Shown here one piece after another: positions 45,446 to 57,681 of a stretch of DNA of 64,000 nt. A program made the position numbers and the translations under genes. Every line of letters starts with the position of its first letter. Within the stretch, counting starts at the first letter, position 1. A model generated the notes under the pieces. It did no database searches. It was not told the origin of the DNA and saw only the letters and a program-made list of their open reading frames with translations. Source of the DNA: Laetmonice hystrix. Lineage: Eukaryota. The stretch covers positions 34,970,001 to 35,034,000 of the forward strand of contig OZ249440.1 of assembly GCA_965235115.1 (NCBI GenBank). The letters run 5' to 3'.

Positions 45446-48400
45446 CTATAAAAGAGTCAGAAGTCCAGCTTCTGACAAAAACTCTAAAATCACTCCTGGT
45501 CTGACATTGTTAAAAAGATCCTTAAGACTTGTCTCACTATAAAACCGTTGTCTGATCAGAGTAAAATCACCACACTCAAGTAAAAGATGCTTCAGTGTCA
45601 AAGGACACTGACAGCCATGACACTCTGGAGGTGGCTCCCCCTTGAATAAAAACACGTGGGTTAATCTAGAATGACCAATCCTGCATCGAGTATAAACAAT
45701 TTCATGCCTACGTTGGGTTAGGCCGTGAAGACACCTTTGGTTCACGACAGGACTGATCTGGTACAATTTATTGTTTGGTTGTTCATCCCATTCAGCCTGC
45801 CATTTGTTCTTAATGTATGCCCAGATGGTAGGTCTGAGGTCAGAGGCTGGGATTGGACACAGTTCGACGTCTGTTTCAAGAGCCCTCTTGGCAGTTCTGT
45901 CAGCTTGCTCATTGCCTGGGATACCAACATGCCCAGGCACCCAGCAAAAGTGAATATCAAAGTTTGCATTGGCAAGCACTGCCAACTTGGACAAGATTTG
46001 AACGATCACCGGGTGATCTGTGTTCAAGTTAGCAAGTGCTTGCAGACAGGATAAGGAATCCGAGAAAATAAGGAAATCCTTTTCACTAGAAACTTCAATA
46101 TTTTCAAGGGCAAGAAGCAGGGCCCGGGCCTCTGCTGAGAAGATGGAACTTTGCCCTGAGATGCGGGTGCCGAAGTTGTGCTTGCCATGAACTGCAGCTG
46201 CAGACACATCACTGCCATCCTTTGAGCCATCTGTATAGAAGGCATAATGTGAGGGATACCTTGCCTGGACGTCAAGAAAATGTTCAAAATATGTCAGGGG
46301 ATGAGTCTCTGACTTCTTCAGTTGAGCCAACTGAAAAATGACGTCAGGCTTTTTCAGGTCCCAAGGAGGAATGTTGCAAAAATGTGTCTGCCCCAGGACC
46401 TGCAGATCAACATCCAGTTCCTCTAGATGAGGTTTCACCCTCAGTCCAAAAGGACGTATGTACGTTTCCTTTCTTTCATATAAATGTTGGAACTGAGGGT
46501 GAAAAACGCAGTTGTAAGCTGGATTTGAACTGTTTGTCCCGAGCTTGACTGCATACTGCAGAGCCAGCTTCAGACGCCTGTTGTCAAGCGATGGCTCTCG
46601 GGCCTCCACATAGAGGCTCTGAACAGGAGACGTTTTAAAAGCCCCAAGTGAAAGCCGCAAACCCTGGTGGTGAACCGTGTCCAAAAGCCGAATGTAAGAC
46701 CTACAAGCAGAACCATAAACTATGCTACCATAATCGAGCTTCGACCGGATTAAAGCTCTGTACAGTTGTAAAAGGACTGTACTGTCTGCCCCCCAGTTTG
46801 TGCCAGATAAAACCTTGAGAACATCCAGAGCCTTAAGGCATCTGGATTTCAGTGATTTAATGTGAGGGACAAAAGACAGCTTGCTGTCAAAAGTGAGTCC
46901 CAGAAACTTTGTCTCCTTAACGACCTTGATAGGATCTCCATCCATTGTCAACTCAGGGTCAAGGTGGAAAGCACGCAGTTTGCAGAAATGCATGCAGACC
47001 GTTTTAGACTTTGAAAACTTAAAACCATTTTCCACCGACCAAGTGTGGATTCTGTTGAGACAGAGTTGGAGCTGCCTCTCAATGGCATTCATGTTTTTGC
47101 CTCTGCAGCAGACGTCAAAGTCATCGACAAACAGGCTGCAGGGCATGCCAGTTTTAACCGAGTTAACAATGCTGTTGATCTTAATACTAAAAAGGGTAAC
47201 GGACAAAATGCTTCCCTGAGGCACACCTAATTCTTGGTCGTGCAAGTCAGACAGGGTCGTGCCTACTCTGACTTGAAAATGTCTGTTGGATAAAAACTGA
47301 GATATGAAAAGGGGCAAACGCCCCCTAAAACCCATATCATGTAAATCTTTTAAAATGCCGTACTTCCATGTTGTGGCGTATGCCTTTTCAAGGTCGAAAA
47401 ATACGGCAACAACATGTTCACGGTTGATAAAAGCATCTCGGATGTATGTCTCGAGTCTGATTAGATGATCAAGAGTACTTCTCCCTCGCCGGAAGCCACA
47501 CTGAAACTCGGTTATGAGCTGCTCAGACTCCAGCTTCCAGACGAGGCGATCATTAATCATTCTCTCCATGGTTTTGCACAGGCAACTTGTTAAGGCTATT
47601 GGTCTGTAATTGTTAGCTTCACTATGGTCTTTTCCTGGTTTTGGGATGGGAATGATTATTGCTTCTTGCCAGGAACGGGGTATATTACCAGTTATCCAGA
47701 TATTGTTGAAAATGTGAAGAAGTATGAGAAGGGTGGTATGAGGTAAATGTTTTAAAAATTGGTAATGTATTCTGTCAGGTCCAACTGCAGTGTCGTGTGA
47801 TTTTTTAAGAGAGCATTTGAGTTCTTCAATAGAGAAGAGTTGGTTGTACTCTTCTCTGTTGTCAGAATGGAAGTTTAGTTTTTGTTTCTCTTTTTGAGCA
47901 CGAATGGCTTGGAATGGAGGGAGGCAGTTCCTGGAGGAGGAGTTTGTTTGAAATGTTTCGGCTAGTTTGTTTGCTATTGCATCTGTGGTGGTTAATAAGG
48001 TGTTTTGATGTTTTAAGTGTTGAACTCCAGTACCACCTCCCTTGCCTTTAAGTTTCCGTATCATGTTCCAGATTTTTGTGATAGGAGTACGAGAGGTCAG
48101 GCTGGAGACATAGTCTCTCCAGCTCTGCCTCCGTCTCTCTTTACAGATACGGCGTGCCCTTGCTCTCATGATTTTAAAGTTGGTAAGGTTCACTGCAGTT
48201 GGGTGCCTGTTAAAAAGGCGTTCTGCTTTCTTCCGGTCTTTAATTGCCTGTTTGCAGTCATCATTAAACCATGGATTTGAGACATGTTTATGAATTGTCG
48301 AGGTTTTAGGAACCGTCCTGTCTGCAATGGAGATTAAAAGCGAGGTAAAATCATCCATTGCTTCAGGATCGTTAATGTTGTCTGCTCTGAATTCCTCCCG

Positions 48401-49129
48401 ACAGAGGGCCTGGAAGGAGTGCCAGTCGGCTTTCTTAAGTTGCCACCTTTGTTGTTTTTGCCCTATACTGGGTCCTTCATATGTAAGGATGGTGGGAAAG
48501 TGGTCACTCCCGCAAAGGTCGTCCAAGACCCTCCAGGAGAAATCCAGCAGCAGATCTGGTTTGGCTATTGCAAGGTCAATGGCTGTATAGGTGCCATGAC
48601 CAGGATGTAGGTATGTGTTTGAACCATCATTAAAAATGCATAGAGCATGATTATCAATGAACTCTTCAATCCTCTTGCCCTTGCCATCAGTTGTGGTGCC
48701 ACCCCATAAGGGATTGTGGCCATTAAAATCTCCCAAAAGGAGATACGGAGTTGGCAGTTGACCCACTAAATCATCAAGATCCTGGTGGGCCAAGTTACTG
48801 TTTGGGGGAATGTATATGGAGCAGACAGTGATGGCTTTATGTAGAGTTAGGCGTATGGCTATTGCTTGCAATGGTGTGTTTATTGTAATAGGGCTATGGA
48901 TGAGGTCTTGTCGAACCAGAATGGCAGTGCCGCCAGCAGCACGGTCACCATCTGGTGCAAAACCAAAGAAAGTGTGATAGCCCTTAAATGAGACCTTGTC
49001 TCGGGCAGTAAGAAATGTTTCTTGTAGGCAAAAGGCAAGAGGATTGAGGTTTTCTGCTAAAAGTCTGAGCTCATTAAAATTGGCTCTAAAACCTCGACAA
49101 TTCCATTGAAGGAAGCATTTGCCTGCCAT
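45446..49129 (-). CDS. LINE ORF2 (APE-RT-RNase H-CCHC), 1227 aa
   Basis: Nearly identical to copy 1 ORF2; KAYD reads KAYA. Confidence 0.96.
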   Translation of the reverse strand: MAGKCFLQWNCRGFRANFNELRLLAENLNPLAFCLQETFLTARDKVSFKGYHTFFGFAPDGDRAAGGTAILVRQDLIHSPITINTPLQAIAIRLTLHKAITVCSIYIPPNSNLAHQDLDDLVGQLPTPYLLLGDFNGHNPLWGGTTTDGKGKRIEEFIDNHALCIFNDGSNTYLHPGHGTYTAIDLAIAKPDLLLDFSWRVLDDLCGSDHFPTILTYEGPSIGQKQQRWQLKKADWHSFQALCREEFRADNINDPEAMDDFTSLLISIADRTVPKTSTIHKHVSNPWFNDDCKQAIKDRKKAERLFNRHPTAVNLTNFKIMRARARRICKERRRQSWRDYVSSLTSRTPITKIWNMIRKLKGKGGGTGVQHLKHQNTLLTTTDAIANKLAETFQTNSSSRNCLPPFQAIRAQKEKQKLNFHSDNREEYNQLFSIEELKCSLKKSHDTAVGPDRIHYQFLKHLPHTTLLILLHIFNNIWITGNIPRSWQEAIIIPIPKPGKDHSEANNYRPIALTSCLCKTMERMINDRLVWKLESEQLITEFQCGFRRGRSTLDHLIRLETYIRDAFINREHVVAVFFDLEKAYATTWKYGILKDLHDMGFRGRLPLFISQFLSNRHFQVRVGTTLSDLHDQELGVPQGSILSVTLFSIKINSIVNSVKTGMPCSLFVDDFDVCCRGKNMNAIERQLQLCLNRIHTWSVENGFKFSKSKTVCMHFCKLRAFHLDPELTMDGDPIKVVKETKFLGLTFDSKLSFVPHIKSLKSRCLKALDVLKVLSGTNWGADSTVLLQLYRALIRSKLDYGSIVYGSACRSYIRLLDTVHHQGLRLSLGAFKTSPVQSLYVEAREPSLDNRRLKLALQYAVKLGTNSSNPAYNCVFHPQFQHLYERKETYIRPFGLRVKPHLEELDVDLQVLGQTHFCNIPPWDLKKPDVIFQLAQLKKSETHPLTYFEHFLDVQARYPSHYAFYTDGSKDGSDVSAAAVHGKHNFGTRISGQSSIFSAEARALLLALENIEVSSEKDFLIFSDSLSCLQALANLNTDHPVIVQILSKLAVLANANFDIHFCWVPGHVGIPGNEQADRTAKRALETDVELCPIPASDLRPTIWAYIKNKWQAEWDEQPNNKLYQISPVVNQRCLHGLTQRRHEIVYTRCRIGHSRLTHVFLFKGEPPPECHGCQCPLTLKHLLLECGDFTLIRQRFYSETSLKDLFNNVRPGVILEFLSEAGLLTLL

Positions 49130-50541
49130 CAAGGTGGTTTAACAGGCAAACGCCCCCTAGCTTTTATTTTGGGGGAAAGGCTGCGACTACGACAAGTCGT
49201 AGCATCAGCCATTTCAACATCTTGAAGATGCTGAAATTTGTTTGTAAGTGCTATTGCACTATTGTTGGAGGCTGCCTTGGGCAGCCGATCTGTCATTATT
49301 TTCTTTTTTGGTTGATCTTTCTTTGTAGATGACTCTTTAGTACTTGGTTGATCTTTTTTCGGAGTTGGTTCTTTGGTACTCGGCCCGGCCTGTGGAGGAG
49401 GAACCGAGGTTGTCTGGCTCTGTGTTGAGGTGGACTTTTTAGGTGGCTGACTCGAGACAGCTTTCTTAGGCAGTTCATTTGTGGGTTCTTTGGTACTCGG
49501 CCCGGCCTGTGGAGGAGGAACCGAGGTTGTCTGGCTCTGTGTTGAGGTGGACTTTTTAGGTGGCTGACTCGAGACAGCTTTCTTAGGCAGTTCATTTGTG
49601 CTGTCATCGGGATCAGGGTAGGTCACAGGTTTATCCCCCTTGACCCACACCATCTCCGTTTGACAAGCGAAAGTCCGTGTGGTAGGTTTAACAGCGGCAG
49701 CATAGGTTTTAACTGTTGGTGGAAGCAGATATTGCTCCACCAGTTTGCGTGCCTCTGGGAAACTAAGTTTTCTCTCTGTTTTAACCTTTAGGATTTCCTT
49801 CTCCTTTTTCCACACGGAGCACTCGCGTGAAACAGTGGAATGACCTTGCCCGCAGTTGGCACATTTAGCAGGCTTTTTACAGCCTGTATGGTCATGTCCT
49901 GTTTCAGCGCACTGAGAACATTTTTGTTCATTTCTACATGAGTCGGTCCCATGCCCAAACCTCTGGCACTTAAAGCAACGCAGAGGATTTGGGATATAGG
50001 GATCGACTTTTACCTTTAGAAAGCCAATCTCGAGTTCATCTGGTAGAGTGGGCCTGTCGAATGTCAGAAAATATGTGTGTGTCTTGATGGTGTTACCATC
50101 TCGTTTCACTATCAATCTTCTGACTTCCGACACACCTTGCCAGCTCAACCCAGCAAGGATCTCCTGTTCAGTTGTAGTGTCAAGAGAGTTAGTTCGTATA
50201 ACACCCTTGCTGGAGTTGAGCGTCCGGTGACGAGAGGCCTTAATACTGTAACCTGCAAGTACTGTGGCACTCAGCAGGTTTGCAGATTGGGCCTTCGTGG
50301 CACACTCCACCAAAAGTTGGCCAGACCTCAAACGTTTACAATCTTTGACTGTTCCAGCTATCCCCAATATGCCTTTATGTATGGAAAAAGGGGATAGCTT
50401 AGATATTGGTCGTTCAGCTTCTGCCGATTGAACAATGATAAAACGAGGCCATTCCGTCAAGTGTTCATTCTCCATAGACCGGTCCGAGTCAGAGTCCGTT
50501 AGTTTCAGTAGTTTTCTTTTTGGGGGATTGTTTGATGCCAT
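49129..50541 (-). CDS. LINE ORF1, 470 aa, with 39-aa internal duplication
   Basis: As copy 1 plus a tandem repeat of TNELPKKAVSSQPPKKSTSTQSQTTSVPPPQAGPSTKEP. Confidence 0.95.
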   Translation of the reverse strand: MASNNPPKRKLLKLTDSDSDRSMENEHLTEWPRFIIVQSAEAERPISKLSPFSIHKGILGIAGTVKDCKRLRSGQLLVECATKAQSANLLSATVLAGYSIKASRHRTLNSSKGVIRTNSLDTTTEQEILAGLSWQGVSEVRRLIVKRDGNTIKTHTYFLTFDRPTLPDELEIGFLKVKVDPYIPNPLRCFKCQRFGHGTDSCRNEQKCSQCAETGHDHTGCKKPAKCANCGQGHSTVSRECSVWKKEKEILKVKTERKLSFPEARKLVEQYLLPPTVKTYAAAVKPTTRTFACQTEMVWVKGDKPVTYPDPDDSTNELPKKAVSSQPPKKSTSTQSQTTSVPPPQAGPSTKEPTNELPKKAVSSQPPKKSTSTQSQTTSVPPPQAGPSTKEPTPKKDQPSTKESSTKKDQPKKKIMTDRLPKAASNNSAIALTNKFQHLQDVEMADATTCRSRSLSPKIKARGRLPVKPP

Positions 50542-53019
50542 GTTTGTGTTAGAGTGTTTCACCAACCCTATTCCCCACCCTCCACGGAGCCCAACAAGGG
50601 GAAGTGCAGAGCTGCGGTAACCAGCAGTTGCAAACCAAGGATATAGGGTTGGTATACTCAAGCAATGGAACGAAAGAGGGTGTTGCCATTACTTGATTGA
50701 CCCTAAGCCACCGCTTTCTAGGAATAAAGAAGAAAAGTTACGATAGATGTTGCCTATTGTATTAGAGAATTAAATCCACTGTAAAGGGTACTCAATAGAA
50801 AAAATCCTAGGGCAAGGCGTGACCAGCCGATTGATTGGATCGGGCCTCTCCAACCTCCCGTCTAGGTGAAGTAGGAGCCAAAGCACCGTGTTGGACCTGT
50901 GAAAAGCCGCAGCAATTCACCGTCCTCAGGTACCAGGACCTCTTCCTCCACCGACACGGGTCGCGACTCACGGCAAACAAGTCGCCCCATTTATTCGCCT
51001 CTTACGAACAGCCAGGGGGGGCTGGGGAACATTCTTACCCCGGTCCCCACGGGGGAATTATACAAAATCATAATTATTAGATTAACTGCGCAAGACTGAG
51101 CCATAGTTTACCCTACTCAGAACATAATATTACGTGACTCCCCGAAGATGGAATCTATGGTGTCTTACCAACTCTCGATAGAATGTACTAGGTAGCCAAA
51201 AAATATCATAAAACATACACATGTATACTAAAAACATTTTTTATTAGCACAACTATTGTCTTTGTCACATCATTGAAATGACTGAACATAGTATAAAAAC
51301 ACTTACAACTTCTAACAATAGCTTGAAAACTACCTACATTATAGATCAGAATGTGTAAGATGTCAGGGTTTTTTTTATTATTCGTTTCAACAATGTCACA
51401 AAGACAATATATAAATATAAGAAGTGCATTGACCTTGCACAAAATTACCGTTCAGCTTTACCCAAAGAAAATGTTCCTATTTTAAAAACAGAATTATGCA
51501 TGGCATAGATCACAATGATTAAATAATCCAAAACTGATAACAAAAAAGTCTTAAAAAGTCTATAACATAGATTTTTTATACAAATTTGTACCAATTTCAG
51601 TTCCAAATATTTATACACCACCCCCTACTCATATGGAAGTTAAGGATAAAAAAATGGCAAAAGAATTTCTATTTTAAAAACATTAAATATCCGTGACACC
51701 TTTACCAGCATAATGTTTCAATAAAATGAATCAAAAGGTATTTATAAGAGAAATATTACATTGCATATTAGTTGCGAATGTATGTCCCATCATATTTATA
51801 TATCACACTACACTTCTGTGTAACTGTATATCACCTATATTTATAAAAACATCTCCTATACCTTTAAAATGAAAAGGACCTGCTTTTCAGTTCAACCTTA
51901 ACACAAGTCTTCTCAACACAGCAGTTACATCTCTTCTTTTTTTAGCTTGCTACACATGATAGAAAGAACTGACACACAAAATACCAAAAACAAAACTAAA
52001 TACATTAAAACTTCCGTTAGTGAACACCTGAATACTTTTTCACAGTCATACCTGCCTATCATATAACACGTTACGGAAAAAAAATTATATATAATTTCTA
52101 TTTATTTTGTTGAAAAAGTGTTCCATGCTTTTATAGTTACCATCTAAAATGTTCGACCTTTGAAAATAAGCTACAGTCTTTTAATTTTCGTTACGGAACT
52201 TTGAGATATGGCTCCCCCTGATTAGCTAACACCTCCATATCGGGCAAATGTTTTTCTCAGTCCCCCAAATGTTCACTATACTACAGAGGTCTCACTTAAA
52301 ACTAAAATACATATGGATATGACTTACACTAACTTACACACTAAGAACCTGCCTTCCACAGGGTCCACCAAATCAAGTGTCCGAACGCCCAGGACGACCA
52401 AAGAATGAACACACCAAATGAACAGACCAGTTGCCCGTCGGGCAACTGAAAAAATGTCTTTTACTTGGGCCTACTCGTTAAGGTATCTATGAGCATTAAC
52501 AGTTTTCCAACGGATGGTCAGAACCAAAGTTGGAGCGTTTTATTTTTTGGACACTGCAAAATGTTGGTGGCCACAAAGTACAATTATTTTTAAACATTTT
52601 CCGGACAACTATTTTTAGTTGTTGACCACCCAGTTCTGAGGTTCTGGTTGCCCAATGGGCAACCCCATTTCTCGTAGATTTGGGAGGCGCTGCTTCCAGT
52701 TCCACTTTTGTAATTCTGAACAACAGTTATAGCTCTTTCTTATTTTCAAGAGCAAATTACCACGAGTTTCCAATTCTACACGAATCTGCTGCAACACATG
52801 ACATGGCATATATCTTTATGTGTAACGTTCAATTTTAAATCAATAACCCCAAATCTGTACTGTTCTTCATTTTATCATTTTTCATGATAAGAAAAAACAA
52901 GCTTTCTTAATATACCTAACTTATCTTCTGCATTCTACATTTTGAGATCATACTTCATAACCTTTCTAATAAAGTAATCATTGATTTTGAAATCAGCCAT
53001 GACTTTTTTTTACTTACAA

Positions 53020-53157
53020 CAGGGTTCGCACAAGCCGTTAAAAATAGAATTCTAGGATTTTAAATAAATCGTGATTTTCACGGGTTGCAAGGCGTTGAAA
53101 AAATCTCTCATAAAATTTAAGTACTTTCAAGAACTTCAAGGACCTGTGCGAACCCTG
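53020..53157. mobile_element. hAT-like MITE with 6-bp TSD
   Basis: CAGGGTTCGCACA...TGTGCGAACCCTG flanked by TTACAA on both sides. Confidence 0.8.
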
Positions 53158-53672
53158 TTACAAGTGTGATTCTGTCTCACATTATCCAACTGTGACCCAA
53201 ATATAACATGAAATCATTTTAACAATAGCTAAATAAAATTAACTCAAATATATATACATTAATATGACTTGTATCTTATGAAGTTGCGGTAAGTAACTTC
53301 CCGTCCCCTCCGACTGGCCCAACCTGGATACTGCAAATTAAAAAGAAAATTTTTAATTATATTAAAAGTAGTTCTTATGCATTACATGCAGCACAATGCA
53401 AGATTAATTTTCATAGGCCGGCCATGTAACGATATGTCTATGTGGTTAACACCAACTACAAATTACGCCAATTCCCCCCCCCCCCCCCCCCCCCCCAATT
53501 TTCTTCACAAATTTATGAAATACATGAGTAAGTAAGACTAATCTCTTTACAAAATATTCAATACCACCAAGAAATTGCAATTACATCCACTTGTACCAGG
53601 TATTTCAGAGAGCACATAATGGTCCCAGCCAAAACTAAACTTGGAACAATTAATTAAACTTACCACCGTTAC

Positions 53673-54998
53673 TCACTCCAAGTTCAAGAGTTCTTCTTCA
53701 ACTCTTACAATCTGGGATCCTCTCAGTGCAACTGTTGCCACTTTTGGCACCGTTAAAATGGCATTGTCTGCCTGCAGCAGTCGGCGGCCATCTTCTGTCA
53801 CCAGTATCCTATAATAGAAAATGTACAGTATTTTTCAGACTGTGACACACCCTTTCTACCTAAAATGGCTGCAGTCTTCACATCATAAAGTGCTGCACCT
53901 TCTCTCTCGTTTTTAAAATAAACTGCCCCCAGACCTGGCACATACTCAGTGACGTTGCTCTCAGCTCACCTCTTTGCCATACACGAATAGAACTGCAATT
54001 CCTAGCCAGTGTTGGCATCTGAGCCAAACTCGAAAACAGTCCTCATTTCCTAGGTGACCCCAGAACAACTTTAATGCCAACGCTTCTAAACTACTCTAGG
54101 TTTACCTCCAAACACCCAAACTTGGGATATATTTTAAATGGTAAATGCATTACATTATATTTACAGACCTTGCATTTGCAGCTATCACTACCACACTTTC
54201 CACCACTTCTGCCTCTTCCTCGACAGCATGAACCTGTACAGAAATGCAAAATTTCCAATATGTTTACTTAAAACTATCATAATGATAAACTGCCTCTCTT
54301 AGGGTATTTTATGCTTTCTTAAAAACGTGTCATTACTCCTTTACTTTTCCCTGATTATTTCCAAACCAAATAAGTACAACTTTAATACTCTGTGAACACA
54401 AATTAACGATTTTCATAATAAGCATACATACTTCAACGGTGGTTGTGTCAGTTGAATTGAGTGACACATAATTTTTCCAAATGTCCACCTCAACCCCTTT
54501 CACTGTCACTTCCGTATTTTCTTTAAACTCCTCCTCTGCCATCTCGCCCCACAACTTTACATCCATCCTCCACTTCATGTTGTCCTCGATGACAATCTTT
54601 CTTTTCTTGTAATGCATTCCCTCATCGATATTGTTGACCTAAAACAGTCAAACATAAACTCTCATATACAAACACGCCTAAAATTAAAATCTCTCGCCCC
54701 TTGGGGTTGGCTGCTAATAAAAGAAAGAACTGTGTAACCAATTAATAATTAATCTTGTACATAATTGCTATTTTGCCCATCAGATACTAAAAAGAGCCGG
54801 CAAACAGTAAACACGAACATGCTCTAAGGGTGCAAATACCTTGCTAAAAATTGTGATCAAATATGATTACCTGAGTAACTGTTCCTTTTACAGATACTCT
54901 TCTTTTCCTTGGACTGATCTTTATATCCGGAAAGGAAACCACGTCAGTCGATTGAAACTCTTGGATTACCTTCTCGTGTTTCGTTATATCGAAACCTG
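53673..54998 (-). CDS. Partial multi-exon gene encoding an OB-fold (RPA-like) protein C-terminal part
   Basis: GT-AG exons ~54998-54871, 54638-54432, 54233-54169, 53808-53673 join in frame: ...SPRKRRVSVKGTVTQ/VNNIDEG...KIVIED...VKLWGE...VTVKGVEVDIWKNYVSLNSTDTTTVE/...LNLE*. Upstream exons not identified. Confidence 0.55.
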
Positions 54999-55922
54999 CT
55001 ACATTTGTCAAATAAAAATTAAATGTTTTACAATTTATTATATAGTTTCTAATAGATCTATATAGAATTAAAATATCCAGTTACTGTCTTTTGACAATCA
55101 TTTGCGAGCTGCAAAAACCTAACCTAAAAATCTAAGAAAGCGGTTATAATAATTGTAGGACGCACGTGACAGTTAGCCTAGTTGCTCTCAACTGTGTTGG
55201 AATATCACTATCCGTATCCCTAACCCTATCCCGAGGGTCACCCCGGTGTGGGAGCGGCGAGGGACCGACGGGTCGGGAAGGGAGAGTAGGGTGATGGGCG
55301 GACGGCCCTGTGCAGTGGGCCGGGTCGACGGGTAGGCCCTAGGTCCCTGTACCGGTCGACGGGCCAGACGGGTGAGCGGGCGGCCGCAGAATCGTGTGTA
55401 TTTGTATCGTTCTTGGTAAACTATCCAAAATAGGGCCTATCACGTCTGGATTGAGTCTCCCGTAATAACCCTTTTCTCCTCCGTCAGTTTTGGTCCATAA
55501 TTTGCCTCTCCAGGCTGTCGTTTATTACTGTTTGGAAGAAAACTCCACCGCCCATCAGCTAGCAGACGACCGGAGGTGTGATCCCAACGTGCGCCACACG
55601 CGCGTGCTCACCCCGTCTGGGTCGGCCTCTAAACAATAGGAAACCATGCACCCCAAGATTATAGACCGGCGACACCGGGAAGGAACCGAGTCTAACAGGA
55701 CCAGGCAGTGTGGCCGGTTCGCCCCGCGGGAGGGAAGGCGGTCTGCTGCTGGCACAAGTTATTTTAAACTCGCTGCCTACAAAATTTAGGCATAGGCCTA
55801 GGCCCCCTATATATGTTCATATTCCAGTGTAACGTTCGAGTAAATGACACGCCTATAGGCCTAGTAGGCCTACTTAAGATAACTTATAGGCTAGTTAAAA
55901 CGTTAATTAACGTGTAGGCCTA

Positions 55923-56068
55923 CAAGGCCGTGCCCAGAGTCTTGGTGCGGGGGGGGGGGGGGGGGGTTACAGTGGACGGATCCAATTATTAGTTAGGACC
56001 TAAAAGGCCTAAATCTTTGGCACCTAGGGGGTTACAGACACCCAAAAAAACCCTTGGGCACGGCCCTG
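55923..56068. mobile_element. hAT-like MITE
   Basis: CAAGGCCGTGCCCA...TGGGCACGGCCCTG inverted ends; exact TSD not evident. Confidence 0.6.
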
Positions 56069-56139
56069 ATGTAGGCCTACAGGGTCCGCCCGGGAGTGGG
56101 AGCGGCGGCCCGGCCGAGTGATCAACGTGGCACCCCCCC

Positions 56140-57055
56140 CCCCGCCCGCCCGCCCGCCCGCCTGCCCGCCTAGTGATAGACCACCCGCCCTGCCCTGCCG
56201 CGTGCCGCCGGGAAAAACCCGTCAACGTGACGATTGGGAAAGGGGAGACTCGTAACATTAATACGTTATTAATACGGGCCTATTTCTCGCTAAGTGGCCG
56301 ATGAAAATTAACATGTATCTCTGAAACGAGCAAAACCCAACAAAATATGCCCACAAAATGAGAGCCACCAAGTAGCCTAGGTGGTAACGACGTGTCCGTT
56401 GCCCAGCGCCTCTCGAGCGGCCCGACCAGGGCCGGACATGAAGAGGGACATGACCGGGCGTAGGGGCCTACATCCCAGGGCCTACATGACCGGGCGGACA
56501 TAGCGACGGGCGGACATGTCGTGCTATAGACTCTATACTTCCCTTGTAGGCCTACTAGAAAGATTATCACATGCTATTTTTTTGCCTTCCCAATTCCATT
56601 TTTCCACAAACTGGTTGTCACATGAACGACTCACTGCGGTGCTCACTGAATTTCACTTTTAAACTAGGCCTATATCTTGCCACCTTCCCTATCTTAATAA
56701 TATTATTGTTAGGCCCCGTTAGGCCTAGGCCTACTTGAAATTTTGGGTAACACGACATGTCCGCCCGTAGCCATGTCCGCCCCCCGGGATGTAGGCGCTA
56801 GCCCCGGTCATGTCCCCCTTCATCATGTCCGGCTCCCCTCGCCGCTCCGCTCAAGAGGCGCCCGGCAAGGGACACGTTACCTACGAGATGGCTCTTGTTG
56901 GGCACTTAGCGAATTACAATAGTTGATCTAGAGTTGTTGATACACTCCTCTAACTCAGTAGACTGTCCTAGTCACGTTGACGACTTTTCCCGGGACCACG
57001 GGCGGCAGGGTGGGCAGTGTCTATCACAGAGGACCGGCGGGCGGGCGGGTGGGCA
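56140..57055. mobile_element. Degenerate GC-rich foldback element (~380-bp inverted arms)
   Basis: GTGATAGAC...CGTCAACGTGAC...CGGGCGGACATGTCGTG (56140-56523) mirrored by CACGACATGTCCGCCCG...GTCACGTTGACG...GTCTATCAC (56751-57055). Confidence 0.7.
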
Positions 57056-57506
57056 TAGCAGACAGATTCTGCTATCCCGGTTCCGTCTCCGGCTCCGGCT
57101 TAGCACCGCGTCGCGTCATCAGAAAATACCGTGACGTCATCGACACGCGCGTATTTGAAGCTGAGCCGTTCCCGGGTCCCGAGATAGATCGGCTCTGTCC
57201 CGTAAGTGTCTAACGGCGTAGGGTTTTCCTCGATTTCTTCTTTCCATGAGTTGACACAATGGATTTGAAGTGTCAAGTAGTTGGATTAATATTTGAAGAC
57301 TTTAGTGAATCGGCTGTCCGCACATATCTCGTGGTATTTTCAACTATTTTGGTCATAAAGTGATGTGCTGTTTTGCCTTCACTGCAGCTAGGCCCTGTCA
57401 TCGCATGGCGCTCGCTAGGCGACACAATCTGTCAGAGCAGCCAACTCGACCAAAGTCAAATCACCCGCCATATTCACTCTTGTGTTTGTTGTTGTTATGT
57501 TGTTGT

Positions 57507-57681
57507 CAGGGCCGTAGCCTGCGGGGGGGGGGGCAGGGGGGGCAGCTGCCCTCTGGGATTTCCATTTTTTTGCGTTTTTTTTAACCCACACCCCGGGCCA
57601 GCTCGACCGGCGCAATGAGGCGCCATCACTTGGCAGGCCTACTGGCCCCCCCTCACGCATTTGGGCCAGGCTACGGCCCTG
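57507..57681. mobile_element. hAT-like MITE with 8-bp TSD
   Basis: CAGGGCCGTAGCCTG...CAGGCTACGGCCCTG; flanks GTTGTTGT / GTTGTTAT. Confidence 0.8.

Larger units (their letters stand above)
45264..51055 (-). mobile_element. Full-length LINE, copy 2 (no TSD found)
   Basis: (GAGT)n tail at 45264, both ORFs open, 5' terminus as in copy 1. Confidence 0.96.
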
